From an uncultured bacterium (lineage in GTDB: Bacteria > Actinomycetota > Thermoleophilia > Solirubrobacterales > 70-9), in contig OY970239.1 in NCBI GenBank assembly GCA_963715405.1, forward strand, positions 430,481-494,480: a DNA stretch of 64,000 bases, in the 5' to 3' direction. Position numbers and translations under genes: made by a program. Below are positions 1 to 11,456 of the stretch, in pieces (position 1 is the first letter of the stretch; each line of letters opens with the position of its first letter). The notes under the pieces are model-generated. The model was given only the letters and a program-made list of their open reading frames with translations, was not told the DNA's origin and did not search any database.

Positions 1-1491
<1,491 letters not shown>

Positions 1492-1532
1492 GGCGCGGCT
1501 GAGAGTAGAGGGGGGACTAGGATGGGCGCTCG

Positions 1533-2018
1533 ATGGACGGCAGGGTGAAGACGCTCCTCGGCGCGCTGGCGATTTTCGCGGTGATCATCGCCGCGGTTCT
1601 GATTGGCCAAGGCGGGGGAGACGACGATGGCTCAGAGACGGCCGATGACGGCGGCAAGCCGACGGTCGAAGTGCCCGAGGGCGATCCGCCCGAAGAGCTC
1701 GTCGTCGAGGATCTCGAGGAGGGCGAGGGCGCCGAGGCCCAGGCTGGGGATGAGCTCACGCTCGACTACGTCGGAGTCCTCTATGAGACCGGCGAGGAGT
1801 TCGACTCCTCTTACGACGCGGGCATGCCGCTCCCGGTGGTGCTCGGCGAGGGTGGAGTGATTCCGGGATTCGACCAGGGCCTCGAAGGCATGAAGGAGGG
1901 CGGGCGACGCCAGATCATCATCCCGCCCGACCTCGGCTACGGCAAGCAGGGCCAGCCGCCGGACATTCCGCCGGACTCCACGCTCATCTTCGTGATCGAC
2001 CTGATCTCGATCAACTAG
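1533..2018 (+). CDS. FKBP-type peptidyl-prolyl cis-trans isomerase with N-terminal membrane anchor
   Basis: 161-aa ORF. It has an N-terminal hydrophobic helix and an acidic linker, followed by a classic FKBP core ([20 protein letters not shown]...[30 protein letters not shown]). Confidence 0.85.
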   Translation: MDGRVKTLLGALAIFAVIIAAVLIGQGGGDDDGSETADDGGKPTVEVPEGDPPEELVVEDLEEGEGAEAQAGDELTLDYVGVLYETGEEFDSSYDAGMPLPVVLGEGGVIPGFDQGLEGMKEGGRRQIIIPPDLGYGKQGQPPDIPPDSTLIFVIDLISIN

Positions 2019-2058
2019 CCGTTCTGAGGCGAGCCCCGAAAGGGGAAGCGAGCCCTAG

Positions 2059-2439
2059 CTACCCGTTGATGGAGAAGATGTTCCCGTCGGGGTCCTTGAA
2101 GAAGGCGACCTTGAAGCCGCCCGTGTCCATGATGCCTTCGTCGTCGGTCTTCAAGTCACCCTGTTCGTAGCGCTCAAACGTGACGCCGCGTTGCTTCAGC
2201 ATCTCGTGCATCGCGCCGAAGTCGCCGACCTCAAAGCCGGCGAGGGTCGCCTTGTTCGTTCCGGCGAACTCAGAGACATAGACGAAAAGGCCGGTCCCGC
2301 CGCCGCAGGGATATGAGGCCATCTCGTCCTCCATCTCCTCCTCGGCTTCGAGTCCCAGGGTTCCCTCGTAGAACTCCTTCGCGCGCGCCAGGTCCGATAC
2401 CGGCACTGCGGTTCCGACCTTGCAGTCCTTGAGACTCAT
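2059..2439 (-). CDS. VOC / glyoxalase-bleomycin resistance family protein
   Basis: 126-aa ORF with the typical VOC pattern (VPVSDLARAKEFYEGTLGL ... FFKDPDGNIF). Confidence 0.75.
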   Translation of the reverse strand: MSLKDCKVGTAVPVSDLARAKEFYEGTLGLEAEEEMEDEMASYPCGGGTGLFVYVSEFAGTNKATLAGFEVGDFGAMHEMLKQRGVTFERYEQGDLKTDDEGIMDTGGFKVAFFKDPDGNIFSING

Positions 2440-2504
2440 TTCGTCCTCCGTTCAGTGGCTTGCAGGAAGAGTCATATCACACTGATCCTAAAAACGAACT
2501 TCCG

Positions 2505-2533
2505 TTGACAACTTTAGGACTGTGAGGTATCAT
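2505..2533 (+). promoter_or_regulatory. Consensus sigma-70-type promoter for the HxlR gene
   Basis: TTGACA (2505-2510), a 17-nt spacer, then TATCAT (2528-2533). The ATG at 2543 lies about 10 nt downstream, so the mRNA would be leaderless or nearly so. Confidence 0.6.
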
Positions 2534-2542
2534 GATCGTGAA

Positions 2543-3223
2543 ATGGCCACGAAGAAACGCACCTACAAGGATCTCTGCGGGCTCTCTCATGCGCTCGAGC
2601 TGGTCGGCGAGCGCTGGGCCATCCTGATTCTGCGCGAGCTCACCTACGGGCCGAAGCGCTTCACCGACATCCGCGCGGGGCTTCCCGGCGCCAGCCCGAA
2701 CGTCCTCTCCCAGCGCCTTCGCGAGCTCGAGGCGCACGGGATCGTCGCCAGGCGCACCCTCGCGCCGCCTGCAGCGTCGAAGGTCTATGAGCTCACCGAA
2801 TGGGGCCGCGAACTCGAACCCACGCTCCGCACGCTTGGTGCCTGGGCGGCGCGCTCGCCCTACTTCCCCGACACTGGCCACTTCAGCCCCAGCTCGCTGG
2901 CGATGAATCTCGAGACGATGTTCCTGGCGGACGAGGCGGCGGGAGTCGATCTGACGATCGGCCTGCGGCTTGGGGATGAGTCGTTTTCCCTGCGGATCGC
3001 CGGCGGCTCGCTCGAGCTCGAGCGCGGCGAGCCCTCCGAGGCGGACGCCGTGATCGAGACCGACCCGATGACCTTCATCGGCGTGCTCTATCACGGCGCC
3101 GAGCTGGCCGCCGCCGAGAAAGCCGGCGCGCTTCAGATCGAAGGGGATCGCGACGCGATTCTCGCCCTGCCCCCGCTCTTCGAGCTGCCCGAGCCGGTGG
3201 AGCTGGAAGAGGCACCCGCATGA
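2543..3223 (+). CDS. HxlR-family winged-helix transcriptional regulator with C-terminal extension
   Basis: HxlR signature [57 protein letters not shown]. The ATG at 2543 is preferred over the GTG at 2522 because of the promoter position. Its stop overlaps the next start (ATGA). Confidence 0.8.
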   Translation: MATKKRTYKDLCGLSHALELVGERWAILILRELTYGPKRFTDIRAGLPGASPNVLSQRLRELEAHGIVARRTLAPPAASKVYELTEWGRELEPTLRTLGAWAARSPYFPDTGHFSPSSLAMNLETMFLADEAAGVDLTIGLRLGDESFSLRIAGGSLELERGEPSEADAVIETDPMTFIGVLYHGAELAAAEKAGALQIEGDRDAILALPPLFELPEPVELEEAPA

Positions 3224-4203
3224 CCGGTGCGCACGAGCTCGCGATCGAGGCAGAGGGCCTCGTAAAGGCCTTCGGCGAGACGCAGGCCGTCGACGGCGTT
3301 GATCTCTCCGTGCGCAAGGGCGCCGTGTACGGGATGCTCGGGCCGAACGGGGCGGGCAAGACGACGACGATCCGCATGCTCGCGACGCTCCTTCGCCCAG
3401 ACTCGGGCACGGCTCGTGTCCTTGGGCACGACATCGTCAAAGAGGCGGATTCGGTCAGGGCTTCCGTAAGCCTTACCGGCCAGCTGGCGTCTGTGGACGA
3501 GGATTTGACGGGCCGCGAGAACCTCATCCTGATCGGGCGCCTGCTCGGCCTCAAGCGTTTCGACGTCAAAGCTCGGGCGGACGAGCTCCTCGATGCATTC
3601 GGCCTCCTCGATGCGTCAAGCCGCCTCGTCAAGAACTACTCAGGCGGGATGCGCCGGCGGCTCGACCTGGCGGCGTCGATCGTGGTCACGCCCGAGCTGA
3701 TGTTCCTCGACGAGCCGACCACCGGTCTCGACCCGCGCTCCCGGAATCAGGTTTGGGGGATCATCCGGGCTCTGGCCGAAGAGGGTGCGACGATCCTTCT
3801 CTGCACGCAGTATTTGGATGAGGCAGACCAGCTCGCCGAGGGGATCGCCGTGATCGACCATGGAAAGGTGATCGCGGAAGGCACCCCCTCCCAGCTCAAG
3901 GCCTCGGTCGGTTCGGGCACGCTTCACGTCAGGCTGTTGGAGGCAGATCAGCGCTCCGAAGCGGCCAAGATCCTCGGGCGCGAGCTTTCAGCGGTCAAGC
4001 TCGAGTCCGATCCCGCCGCTCTTTCCGCCGCATGCGACGACGCGGATCGTGGCGCCGAAGCGGTGGCCGAGCTGGGTCGCCGGGGAATCGCGATCGCCGG
4101 CTTCTCGCTCGGGCAGCCCAGCCTGGACGAGGTGTTCCTGGCGCTGACCGGGCGGCCGGCCGAGGCGGACGAGCCGAGCGCGGAGGAGGTCGAAGCGGCA
4201 TGA
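3220..4203 (+). CDS. ABC transporter ATP-binding protein (DrrA/ABC-2 exporter type)
   Basis: Walker [11 protein letters not shown], signature YSGGMRRRL and Walker [13 protein letters not shown]. Start and stop both overlap the neighbouring genes. Confidence 0.9.
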   Translation: MTGAHELAIEAEGLVKAFGETQAVDGVDLSVRKGAVYGMLGPNGAGKTTTIRMLATLLRPDSGTARVLGHDIVKEADSVRASVSLTGQLASVDEDLTGRENLILIGRLLGLKRFDVKARADELLDAFGLLDASSRLVKNYSGGMRRRLDLAASIVVTPELMFLDEPTTGLDPRSRNQVWGIIRALAEEGATILLCTQYLDEADQLAEGIAVIDHGKVIAEGTPSQLKASVGSGTLHVRLLEADQRSEAAKILGRELSAVKLESDPAALSAACDDADRGAEAVAELGRRGIAIAGFSLGQPSLDEVFLALTGRPAEADEPSAEEVEAA

Positions 4204-5045
4204 GCGAGACTCAAAGCACATACCGGCCTGCCGACGGCCTCGAGGAGCAGGCGATCCGCAAGGCGCTCTCCTCAGCGCCCAGACCGGCTCGGCCCAGCCC
4301 GATCTCCGCGATCCTCACTTTCGGCTGGCGGGGGATCCTGAAGATCAAGCACGTGCCGGAGCAGCTGATCGACGCAACGATGACCCCGGTCCTCTTCACG
4401 CTCATGTTCACCTACATGTACGGCGGGGCGATCTCGGGCTCGACCGGCGAGTACCTCCAGTTCATCCTGCCCGGCATTCTCATGATGTCGGTCGTCTTCA
4501 CGACCGTTTACTCCGGCGTCGCCCTCAACACCGATCTCACAAAGGGCGTCGTCGACCGCTTCCGCTCGCTGCCGATCTGGCGGCCGGCACCGCTCGTGGG
4601 AGCCGTTCTCGGCGACAGCGTCCGCTACCTGGTGGCGGGCACCGTCGTGATCATCGTCGGTGCGATCCTCGGCTACAGGCCCGGCGGCGGGTGGGACGGC
4701 GTCCTGGCTGCGCTTGCGCTCACGATCACCTTTTCGTTCGCCCTCGCGTGGGTCTTTACGACACTCGGCTTGATCATGCGATCGCCGAACGCGGTCATGA
4801 ACACGGGCTTCATGGCTCTCTTTCCGCTCACGTTCCTCTCGAACGCGTTCGTTCCGCCCGAGACGCTGCCTGCCGGGCTCGAGGCGTTCGTCGAGGTCAA
4901 CCCGATCTCGTGGGTGGTGACCGCTAACCGTGGGCTCATGGGCGGAACGGCGGAGGCAGGCGACATCCTGCTCGTCCTCGCCTCTGCGGTCGTCCTCACG
5001 GCCGTCTTCGTGCCGCTCACCTCGCGGCTCTATCGGAAGAAGTAG
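4200..5045 (+). CDS. ABC-2 type transporter permease (DrrB-like)
   Basis: The ATG at 4200 overlaps the ATPase stop (ATGA). Multi-pass hydrophobic protein with an ABC-2 permease pattern. The upstream part of track ORF 4032..5045 is read-through over the ATPase gene. Confidence 0.8.
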   Translation: MSETQSTYRPADGLEEQAIRKALSSAPRPARPSPISAILTFGWRGILKIKHVPEQLIDATMTPVLFTLMFTYMYGGAISGSTGEYLQFILPGILMMSVVFTTVYSGVALNTDLTKGVVDRFRSLPIWRPAPLVGAVLGDSVRYLVAGTVVIIVGAILGYRPGGGWDGVLAALALTITFSFALAWVFTTLGLIMRSPNAVMNTGFMALFPLTFLSNAFVPPETLPAGLEAFVEVNPISWVVTANRGLMGGTAEAGDILLVLASAVVLTAVFVPLTSRLYRKK

Positions 5046-5126
5046 TCCTCGCATTGCCCCGGCGCATAAAGCGGTGTCCGCGGGGCAGCAGCCTGTAGTA
5101 AGCCCGTTTTCGAAGAGGAGGACTCG

Positions 5127-5561
5127 ATGGGGTCTCGTGATACCACCGTGCCGGCCGACGCTCGGCAAGGCGACCAATCGCTCGCAGAGCTCATGCGAAA
5201 GCTCTCGGAACAGGGCTCGGAGCTGGCACGGCTCGAGGTCGAGCTCGCCAAGGCCGAGATGGCGCAGAAGGGCAAGCGCCTTGGCATCGGCGCTGGCGCT
5301 TTCGGCGCCGCGGGCGTGGTCGCGCTCTACGCCGTCGGCGCGCTGACCGCAACGCTCATCCTCGTCCTCGCGGAATTCCTCGACCCGTGGCTGGCAGCGC
5401 TGATCGTCACCGTCGCCTACCTGGCGATCGCGGGCGTTCTGGCGCTGACCGGAAAGAAGCAGGTCGACGAGGGAACGCCGCCTGTGCCCGAGCGGGCGAT
5501 CGAAAGCTCGAAGCAAGACGTTGACCAGATAAAGACAAGCGCGAAGGAGGGTCGCTCATGA
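5127..5561 (+). CDS. Holin-X-type (phage holin superfamily III-like) membrane protein
   Basis: An N-terminal amphipathic helix (LARLEVELAKAEMAQKGK) is followed by two TM helices. This is the pattern of the actinobacterial Holin-X family. The stop overlaps the next start. Confidence 0.6.
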   Translation: MGSRDTTVPADARQGDQSLAELMRKLSEQGSELARLEVELAKAEMAQKGKRLGIGAGAFGAAGVVALYAVGALTATLILVLAEFLDPWLAALIVTVAYLAIAGVLALTGKKQVDEGTPPVPERAIESSKQDVDQIKTSAKEGRS

Positions 5562-5929
5562 GCGAAACGCCGAAAGCTCCCAAGTCGTCGAAGGCTCCCA
5601 AGTCGTCGAAGGCCGCCAAGTCGTCGAAGGCCGCCAAGTCGCCAAAGGCCGCCAAGTCGAAGACTCCCGAACAGATCAAAGAGGAGATCGAAGAGGCGCG
5701 AGAGGAGCTGGCCGACACCGTTGAGGCGCTCGCCGAGAAGACGGACGTGAAGGCTCAGGCAAAGCAGAAGGTCGAAGACGTCAAGGCTCAGGCCTCACAC
5801 ACCGCCGAGGACGCCAAGGCGCGGGCGCAGGCTGCGGCGCAGAATCCGTCCGACGACCCGCAGCTCGCGGCCGCGGCGGGCGTGGCGATCTTCTTGTTGC
5901 TGCTCTTGATCTGGCTGCGACGGAGGTAG
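5558..5929 (+). CDS. DUF3618-like protein with Lys-rich tandem repeat and C-terminal TM helix
   Basis: TPEQIKEEIEEAREELADTVEALAEKTDVKAQAK matches the DUF3618 pattern. There is a C-terminal hydrophobic anchor, and the gene is translationally coupled to the holin-X gene (ATGA). Confidence 0.6.
   Translation: MSETPKAPKSSKAPKSSKAAKSSKAAKSPKAAKSKTPEQIKEEIEEAREELADTVEALAEKTDVKAQAKQKVEDVKAQASHTAEDAKARAQAAAQNPSDDPQLAAAAGVAIFLLLLLIWLRRR
5576..5662 (+). repeat. 18-bp in-frame tandem repeat (about 4.8 units) encoding (A/P)KSSKA
   Basis: The units are gctcccaagtcgtcgaag x2, gccgccaagtcgtcgaag, gccgccaagtcgccaaag and gccgccaagtcgaag, read directly from the sequence. Confidence 0.9.
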
Positions 5930-6186
5930 TCAGAGCCCCGAGACGAGCCGAAGGACGAGCAGACGACCTAGCGCCTAGCGCGCCCGGAACACTTTGCCCA
6001 TGATTGGCAGGACGAGACCGTGGGGTGCCCAGCGGTTCGCCAGCATGGTGGCGCGAAGCGGCAGTGGGCCGGGAACTATCACCCGCTTGTTGCGGTCGAG
6101 CGCCGCAAGCGAGTCGCGCGAGGGCGGCAGACTCAGGCGCTGGTGCCGGAGCGCCGCTCATCGCCCGCAGCCTAGAGAATGAAGGC

Positions 6187-7590
6187 ATGAGGGCCGAATC
6201 CTCTTACGAGCCGGGCGAGATTTGGGACGAAGGTCTCGAGCCGGGCGGCCGGCCTCGCGAGGGCTGGGCGGAGGTTCTGCGCAAGGTCGGGGACGATCCC
6301 CGCGCGGCCGCCTCCCTCGTGGAGCGCAAGATCCTCGAGCGGCGCGTCGAGTTCGGCAAGGGCGAGGCGAAGCAGCCATTCGTGCTCGACCCGATCCCAC
6401 GGATCATCGGCGCGGCGGAGTGGGCTGAGCTCGAACGCGGCCTCGCGCAGCGCGCCCGCGCGCTGAACGCGCTTCTCGCCGATGTCTACGGCGAGCGCAG
6501 GATTATCTCCGAGGGGGTGATCCCGGCCCCGGTCATCGAAGGCGCCGAGTACTTCGAGGCCGAGATGGAAGGGCTGATCGAAACTCGCGCCGCGACCATG
6601 GTCGGATTCGACCTCGTTCGCGACGAGGACGGGCGTTTTCTGGTCCTCGAGGACAACACGCGCACTCCGTCGGGTCTTGTCTACGCGGTCGCCGCGCGCA
6701 AGATGAGCGAAGACCTCTTCGGGGGAAGGGTGGACGACGCCGAGCCGCTCGATGGGATCTTCGGCTGGATCGGCGAAGCCCTGCGAGAGGCGGGGCCCGA
6801 GGGTGTCGATGAGCCGGTCGCGATCCTCGTCACGGACGGCCCGGACAACTCGGCCTGGTACGAGCACGTCGAGATCGCGAATCGGATCGGCATCCCCCTC
6901 GTCCAGCCCCGTGATCTGGAGGTTCGGGGTGACGAGCTTTGCTTTCGCGACGCCCAGGGATCGCTTCGCCGGGCCGACGTGGTCCTCCGGCGCACAGACG
7001 CCGACCGTGTGGCCGAGCCCGGCGCGGGGAGGACCTGGGTGGGAGAACTGCTCTACGCGCCCCTGCGAAGCGGGAACGTGCGGATGGTCAACACGTTCGG
7101 CTCCGGCCTTGCCGACGACAAGCTCGTCTACGCATACGTGCCCCACGCGATCCGCTTCTACATGGGCGAAGAGCCGCTCCTCGCTCAGATCCCGACGCTG
7201 GATTGCGCCGACCCGGAAATGCTCGCGGACGTGTGCAAGCGCCCGCAAGAGCTCGTCGTTAAGCCCCGCTCTGAGTCTGGTGGAATCGGCGTCGTGGTCG
7301 GCTCGCAGTCAACCGCAGAGGAACTTCGCGCCTGCGTCGAGCTGGCGCAGCAAAGCCCGCAGGACTACATCGCCCAGGAGATCGTGAGCTTCTCCACCTG
7401 TCCCACCGTCGCCGGGGATCAGATCGAGCCGCGCCACGTCGACCTGCGTGCGTTCGCCGTGTGCCTCGATCGCGGCGTCAAGCTGATGCCCGGCGGTCTC
7501 ACGCGCGTTGCGCTCGAGCGGGGATCGCTCATTGTCAACTCGAGCCAGGGCGGCGGTGGCAAGGACACCTGGGTTCTCAAGTTGACGTAA
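6187..7590 (+). CDS. Circularly permuted type-2 ATP-grasp protein
   Basis: The protein from MRAESSYEPGEIWDE onward has the family pattern (FVLDPIPRII...VLEDNTRTPSGLVY...NSSQGGGGKDTWVL). The ATG at 6187 is preferred, because the 61 codons upstream in the track ORF are Arg/Ala-rich read-through. Confidence 0.75.
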   Translation: MRAESSYEPGEIWDEGLEPGGRPREGWAEVLRKVGDDPRAAASLVERKILERRVEFGKGEAKQPFVLDPIPRIIGAAEWAELERGLAQRARALNALLADVYGERRIISEGVIPAPVIEGAEYFEAEMEGLIETRAATMVGFDLVRDEDGRFLVLEDNTRTPSGLVYAVAARKMSEDLFGGRVDDAEPLDGIFGWIGEALREAGPEGVDEPVAILVTDGPDNSAWYEHVEIANRIGIPLVQPRDLEVRGDELCFRDAQGSLRRADVVLRRTDADRVAEPGAGRTWVGELLYAPLRSGNVRMVNTFGSGLADDKLVYAYVPHAIRFYMGEEPLLAQIPTLDCADPEMLADVCKRPQELVVKPRSESGGIGVVVGSQSTAEELRACVELAQQSPQDYIAQEIVSFSTCPTVAGDQIEPRHVDLRAFAVCLDRGVKLMPGGLTRVALERGSLIVNSSQGGGGKDTWVLKLT

Positions 7591-7615
7591 GAGCTCGCTT
7601 CCCGCGTTCCCTGAG

Positions 7616-7631
7616 CGGCTTACAAAAGCCG
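7616..7631. terminator. Short hairpin between convergent genes (possible bidirectional terminator)
   Basis: CGGCTT-acaa-AAGCCG lies between the ATP-grasp stop (7590) and the MMPL stop (7666). The stem is only 6 bp and there is no clear U tract. Confidence 0.3.
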
Positions 7632-7665
7632 AAAACAGGGAAACACTCGGTATGCGAGTGAATTC

Positions 7666-9825
7666 CTACTCTCGGTGAGAGGGTTCCTCGGCGTGCTCGC
7701 TCAGGCCCGCGCCGCTCTGTGCGGTGGACGGCCACCAGATCTTGTCGCCGATCAGCTCGACTGCGGCCGGGACCATGATCGTGCGGACGATGAACGTGTC
7801 GAGGAGGATTCCGAGTGCGACCATTAGGCCGAGATCGAAGGTGAAGGTAACCGGGAGGGTCATCAGGACGGAGAAGGTGCCGGCGAGGATGATCCCGGCC
7901 GACGTGATCACGGGGCCCGTCGCCGAGATCGCGCGCAGCATCCCTTCCCGAGTCCCGTGAGTGCGCGCCTCCTCGCGGACGCGCGCCATTAGGAAGATCG
8001 TGTAGTCGATGCCGAGCGCTACGAGGAAGATGAACGCGAACGTCGGGATCGACGCGTCGAGGCCGGGATCGCCGACCACGTAGCGGATGATGAGCACGCT
8101 AAGGCCGAGGGTGCAGAGGAAGCTCAAGACGACGCTCGCGATGAGGACGAGGGGCGCCACGAGCGAGCGGAGCAGGATCGCGAGGATCACCGCGATCACC
8201 AGGAGCGCGATCGGTGCGATCAGGCGCAGGTCGGACTCGATCGCCTCGTCGAAGTCGTACTGGATGGCTGAGCCACCGCCGACGAGGACGATCAGACCGT
8301 CGAGGTCGCCGACGGTGTCGCGAATCTCCGGAACCAGGTTGAAGGCCGCCTTTGTGAACGGGTCGCCCTCTAGGACCACATCGACGGTCGTCTTCGATTG
8401 GTCGTCTGACGTCTGGCCCGTCGGGCGCGTCGTTGCCACGCCATCGACCTCCTCGACGGCGGCGCTCGCGGCGGCGACATCCTGCTCGCTGACCGAGCCG
8501 TCGGTGGCCTCGATGAGCAACGTGGTCGGGAAGAGGAGGCCGGCCGGGAACTCCTGCTCCAAGAGCTCGAAGCCCTCAACGGACTCGACGGACTTCTTGA
8601 AGAAGTTTGTAGTGGAGTAATCGACCTTGTAGGCGAGGATTCCGAGCGCTCCGCCAACAAAGACCAACGTGGTTAGCGCAAGCGCGAGGCCTGGGCGCTG
8701 GAGGACGCGATCGCCGACCCGCCGCCAGATGCCCTGGCGGCGCTCGAGAGCGTGCTCCGGGTCGTAGGCGACGAGGCGCTGACGCGGCCAGAAGCCCTTG
8801 CGCCCGAAGATCACTAGGAGTGCCGGCAAGAGCGTAAGGCCCGCCACCATGCCCGTCGCGACACCGATCGCTGCCACTGGACCAAGGGTCGAAGTGAGTT
8901 GCGCGTCGGCGAGCGTGAGGGTAAGCATCGCGAGCGACACGGTGAGGCCTGAGGCCAGGATGGTTGGCCCGGTCCGGCTTACGGCCCGCTGCATCGCGTC
9001 GTGCTTGTCCTCGATCTGATGGAGCTCCTCGCGGTAGCGCGAGACCAGGAGCAGGCAGTAGTCCGTTGTGATTCCGAACATCAAGACGATCAGAATCGAT
9101 GTGCCGTTCGAAGAGACAGTCGCTCCTGAATCGGCATAAAAGTAGACGAAGGCGCTTGCGACCGAGTACGCAAAGAAGACAACGACGAGCGGTGTGAGTG
9201 CAACAAGGACCGCGCGGTAGATCAGCCCCAGGAGCAGGAGGACTAGGACCGCCGAGGCGATCAAGAGCTTCAGGTCGAAGTCGCTGAACACCTCCTGGGC
9301 GTCCGTGGAGAAGCCGAGGTCGCCCGAGAGCAAAATCTCGAGATCCTCTTCGCCATCGCCCGTGGTTTCACGCACATTCGTGCCCCAGTCGGCCGCCTCC
9401 TCGAAGTTCGTCGGGACCGTGAGCAGGGTGTACGCGAGGTCGCCTTCGGGCGAGACGAGCTCCGGTGGTGCGTCGTCGCCCACCGGGACGATCGGCGGCG
9501 TCGTAAGGGGGAGCTCCTCCTCGGAAAGGGCGTCGAGCGCTTCCGCGTCGGCGAGGATCTTCTCCTCGTCGGCGGGCGTGAGGCCGCCTTCGCGGTGATA
9601 GATCAGGAGTCCCTGGGTGGTCTCGCCGGAGGAAAACTCCTCGTCAAGCACTTCCACGACCTCCGTCGACTCGGCCGACTCAGGCAGGAACGACGCCGTG
9701 TCGTCTTGCGTCTCCTCGGCCAGCTTCGAGCCCAGTGGCGCCAGCACCGCCAGCAGGACGACCCAGATGCCGAGCATGACCCACTTAGTGCGGCGGCCAG
9801 CGACGAATGAAGCGAGGAAAGACAT
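7666..9825 (-). CDS. MMPL family (RND superfamily) membrane transporter
   Basis: 719 aa with two 6-TM bundles and large extracytoplasmic loops. Typical MMPL motifs are present (GITTDYCLLLVSRYREE, GIDYTIFLMARVREE). Confidence 0.9.
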   Translation of the reverse strand: MSFLASFVAGRRTKWVMLGIWVVLLAVLAPLGSKLAEETQDDTASFLPESAESTEVVEVLDEEFSSGETTQGLLIYHREGGLTPADEEKILADAEALDALSEEELPLTTPPIVPVGDDAPPELVSPEGDLAYTLLTVPTNFEEAADWGTNVRETTGDGEEDLEILLSGDLGFSTDAQEVFSDFDLKLLIASAVLVLLLLGLIYRAVLVALTPLVVVFFAYSVASAFVYFYADSGATVSSNGTSILIVLMFGITTDYCLLLVSRYREELHQIEDKHDAMQRAVSRTGPTILASGLTVSLAMLTLTLADAQLTSTLGPVAAIGVATGMVAGLTLLPALLVIFGRKGFWPRQRLVAYDPEHALERRQGIWRRVGDRVLQRPGLALALTTLVFVGGALGILAYKVDYSTTNFFKKSVESVEGFELLEQEFPAGLLFPTTLLIEATDGSVSEQDVAAASAAVEEVDGVATTRPTGQTSDDQSKTTVDVVLEGDPFTKAAFNLVPEIRDTVGDLDGLIVLVGGGSAIQYDFDEAIESDLRLIAPIALLVIAVILAILLRSLVAPLVLIASVVLSFLCTLGLSVLIIRYVVGDPGLDASIPTFAFIFLVALGIDYTIFLMARVREEARTHGTREGMLRAISATGPVITSAGIILAGTFSVLMTLPVTFTFDLGLMVALGILLDTFIVRTIMVPAAVELIGDKIWWPSTAQSGAGLSEHAEEPSHRE

Positions 9826-9948
9826 GAGCGGTGCGCCAAATTAGCGGACCGCTTGACGAAACTTCAACGAATTGTGTGACCGCGAGCGTCCGAAAGAGCG
9901 TGGCTGTGCGGGTTAGAGTCGATCGGTCAGCGAACTGAGGGAGGCTCG

Positions 9949-10248
9949 GTGCGGAAGAACAAGCTGCACGAGAACGCCGCGAAGTACCTCGAGCCCGGGG
10001 AGAACATCTGCGAGAGCGGAATCGTCACCAACAAGATGCAGACACGCAACACGGCGCTCGTTGCGACAGACGAGACGCTCTACGCGTTTCGCCTCAAGTG
10101 GCCCGGGCGGTCGAACGTTGCCGAGCAGGTGATGGCGGTGCCTCTCGAGCCGTTGTGGTACTCCGCGCGCCAAAAGCCGCGTGGAAGCGGTTTCGTCATT
10201 CTCACTCGCGAGATGGCACCGGTGCCATATTTACGAGCCCACGCCTAG
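9949..10248 (+). CDS. Hypothetical protein
   Basis: 99-aa ORF with a GTG start preceded by GGGAGG at 5-nt spacing. Its stop overlaps the stop region of the convergent GT2 gene. No family was recognised. Confidence 0.5.
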   Translation: MRKNKLHENAAKYLEPGENICESGIVTNKMQTRNTALVATDETLYAFRLKWPGRSNVAEQVMAVPLEPLWYSARQKPRGSGFVILTREMAPVPYLRAHA

Positions 10249-11456
10249 CCTTCTCTCGGCTCCCAGCCAAGCGCGACGCAGATGCGCTTCCGCAGCCGCG
10301 CCGCCCCCGGGTAATTGGGGAGCGCCCGTTCGGCCCGTGCAACGAGCTCGAGGCCCTCGAAGGGGCGGCCGGCGACCAAGAGCTCCCTGGCTAGCGTGAG
10401 ACAGCTCTCCGGGGACACAGGGTCCGACGCCACCGCCTGCACCGCGTGGCTGAGTGCCCCTTCCCGGTTTTTTCGGGCAGCCAAGTCGCGAGACAGTGCA
10501 ACGTGGACTCTTGACGCAACGGTTTGCGCCAAAGGTGCGTCGAGACGCGCGAGCATCTGGAGCGACATCTCCGCCTTATTGATCTCGTCATCGGGCAGCG
10601 CCCGGCTGACCATCGCCTGGTAGCGCCGCATCATCGCAGCATCAAATGCGAGCCCGATGAGGCGGCGGTGTGAGTCGGGCAGAGACCACGCGTGCAGCGC
10701 ACTGGTCAGCGGCGAGCGCATGCGTTCCACGTGATTGGTCCATGCGAGCTCGAGCACAGCGCGGTCACGGTTTGCAATGCGCTCTCGGGAGGCCCTCACC
10801 GCGCCAGCCGGGCGGATGCGCTTGAAGTACAACGGACGGGGGACGTGGACGGCCGTGCCGGCGAGGATCAACGCCATGGCGTACTCGCATTCGACCGCAA
10901 AGCCCTGATGTCCGTCGACGGGAAAGCCGCCCACGGCCGCGAGGCACGATGTGCGGGTGACCCCGCGCCAAGGCATGCCCGGTGCCCCCTGGAGCAGGAA
11001 TGCCGTGACCTGATCGGCGATCGAGCCAGACGCGGGTAGTGGCATCGAATGCTGCGTAAGCTCGGTCGCTCCGAAACGGAACAGGTCACCGTAGGCGACC
11101 GAGGCCGCCGGGCGTGCCGCAAGCGCTTCAAGGAAGGCATCTACGTAGCGCGGGTCCCACACGTCGTCATGGGGCAGGATCGCGAAGTGGGAGGTGGCAA
11201 CGCGCTCGAGTTGAGCCCGAATGTTGGCGTCCCAGCCTAGCCGTGAGGGGTTGCGGTGGATAGCGATGCGCTGATCGGCCAAGAACGGCTCAAGCGCGGC
11301 GAGCGTGTCATCCGGCTCGCCGCTCCCGTCGCTCGGGTGAAGATCCACAGCGACCTCGACCTTGAGGTCACGATGTGTTTGGGCGAGGACCGACCGGACG
11401 GTCTCAGTCAGGAATGCCCCCGCCGCGTAGGCGGGGATACAGACGGTGACTGTCAA
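10245..11456 (-). CDS. Family-2 glycosyltransferase with C-terminal helical-repeat (TPR-like) region
   Basis: GT2 N-terminus LTVTVCIPAYAAGAFLTETVRSVLAQTHRDLKVEVAVD...ILPHDDVW. A TTG start at 11456 overlaps the upstream stop (TTGA). The longer track ORF start would run through the upstream gene. Confidence 0.75.
   Translation of the reverse strand: MTVTVCIPAYAAGAFLTETVRSVLAQTHRDLKVEVAVDLHPSDGSGEPDDTLAALEPFLADQRIAIHRNPSRLGWDANIRAQLERVATSHFAILPHDDVWDPRYVDAFLEALAARPAASVAYGDLFRFGATELTQHSMPLPASGSIADQVTAFLLQGAPGMPWRGVTRTSCLAAVGGFPVDGHQGFAVECEYAMALILAGTAVHVPRPLYFKRIRPAGAVRASRERIANRDRAVLELAWTNHVERMRSPLTSALHAWSLPDSHRRLIGLAFDAAMMRRYQAMVSRALPDDEINKAEMSLQMLARLDAPLAQTVASRVHVALSRDLAARKNREGALSHAVQAVASDPVSPESCLTLARELLVAGRPFEGLELVARAERALPNYPGAARLRKRICVALGWEPREG

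Noticed and set aside
5576-5662. Tandem repeats here and at 63337-63426 considered as a possible CRISPR array or satellite
   Set aside because: The units are 15-18 bp with no spacers, are in frame, and lie inside ORFs. They are coding low-complexity repeats. No CRISPR-like repeat-spacer structure was seen anywhere in the window.
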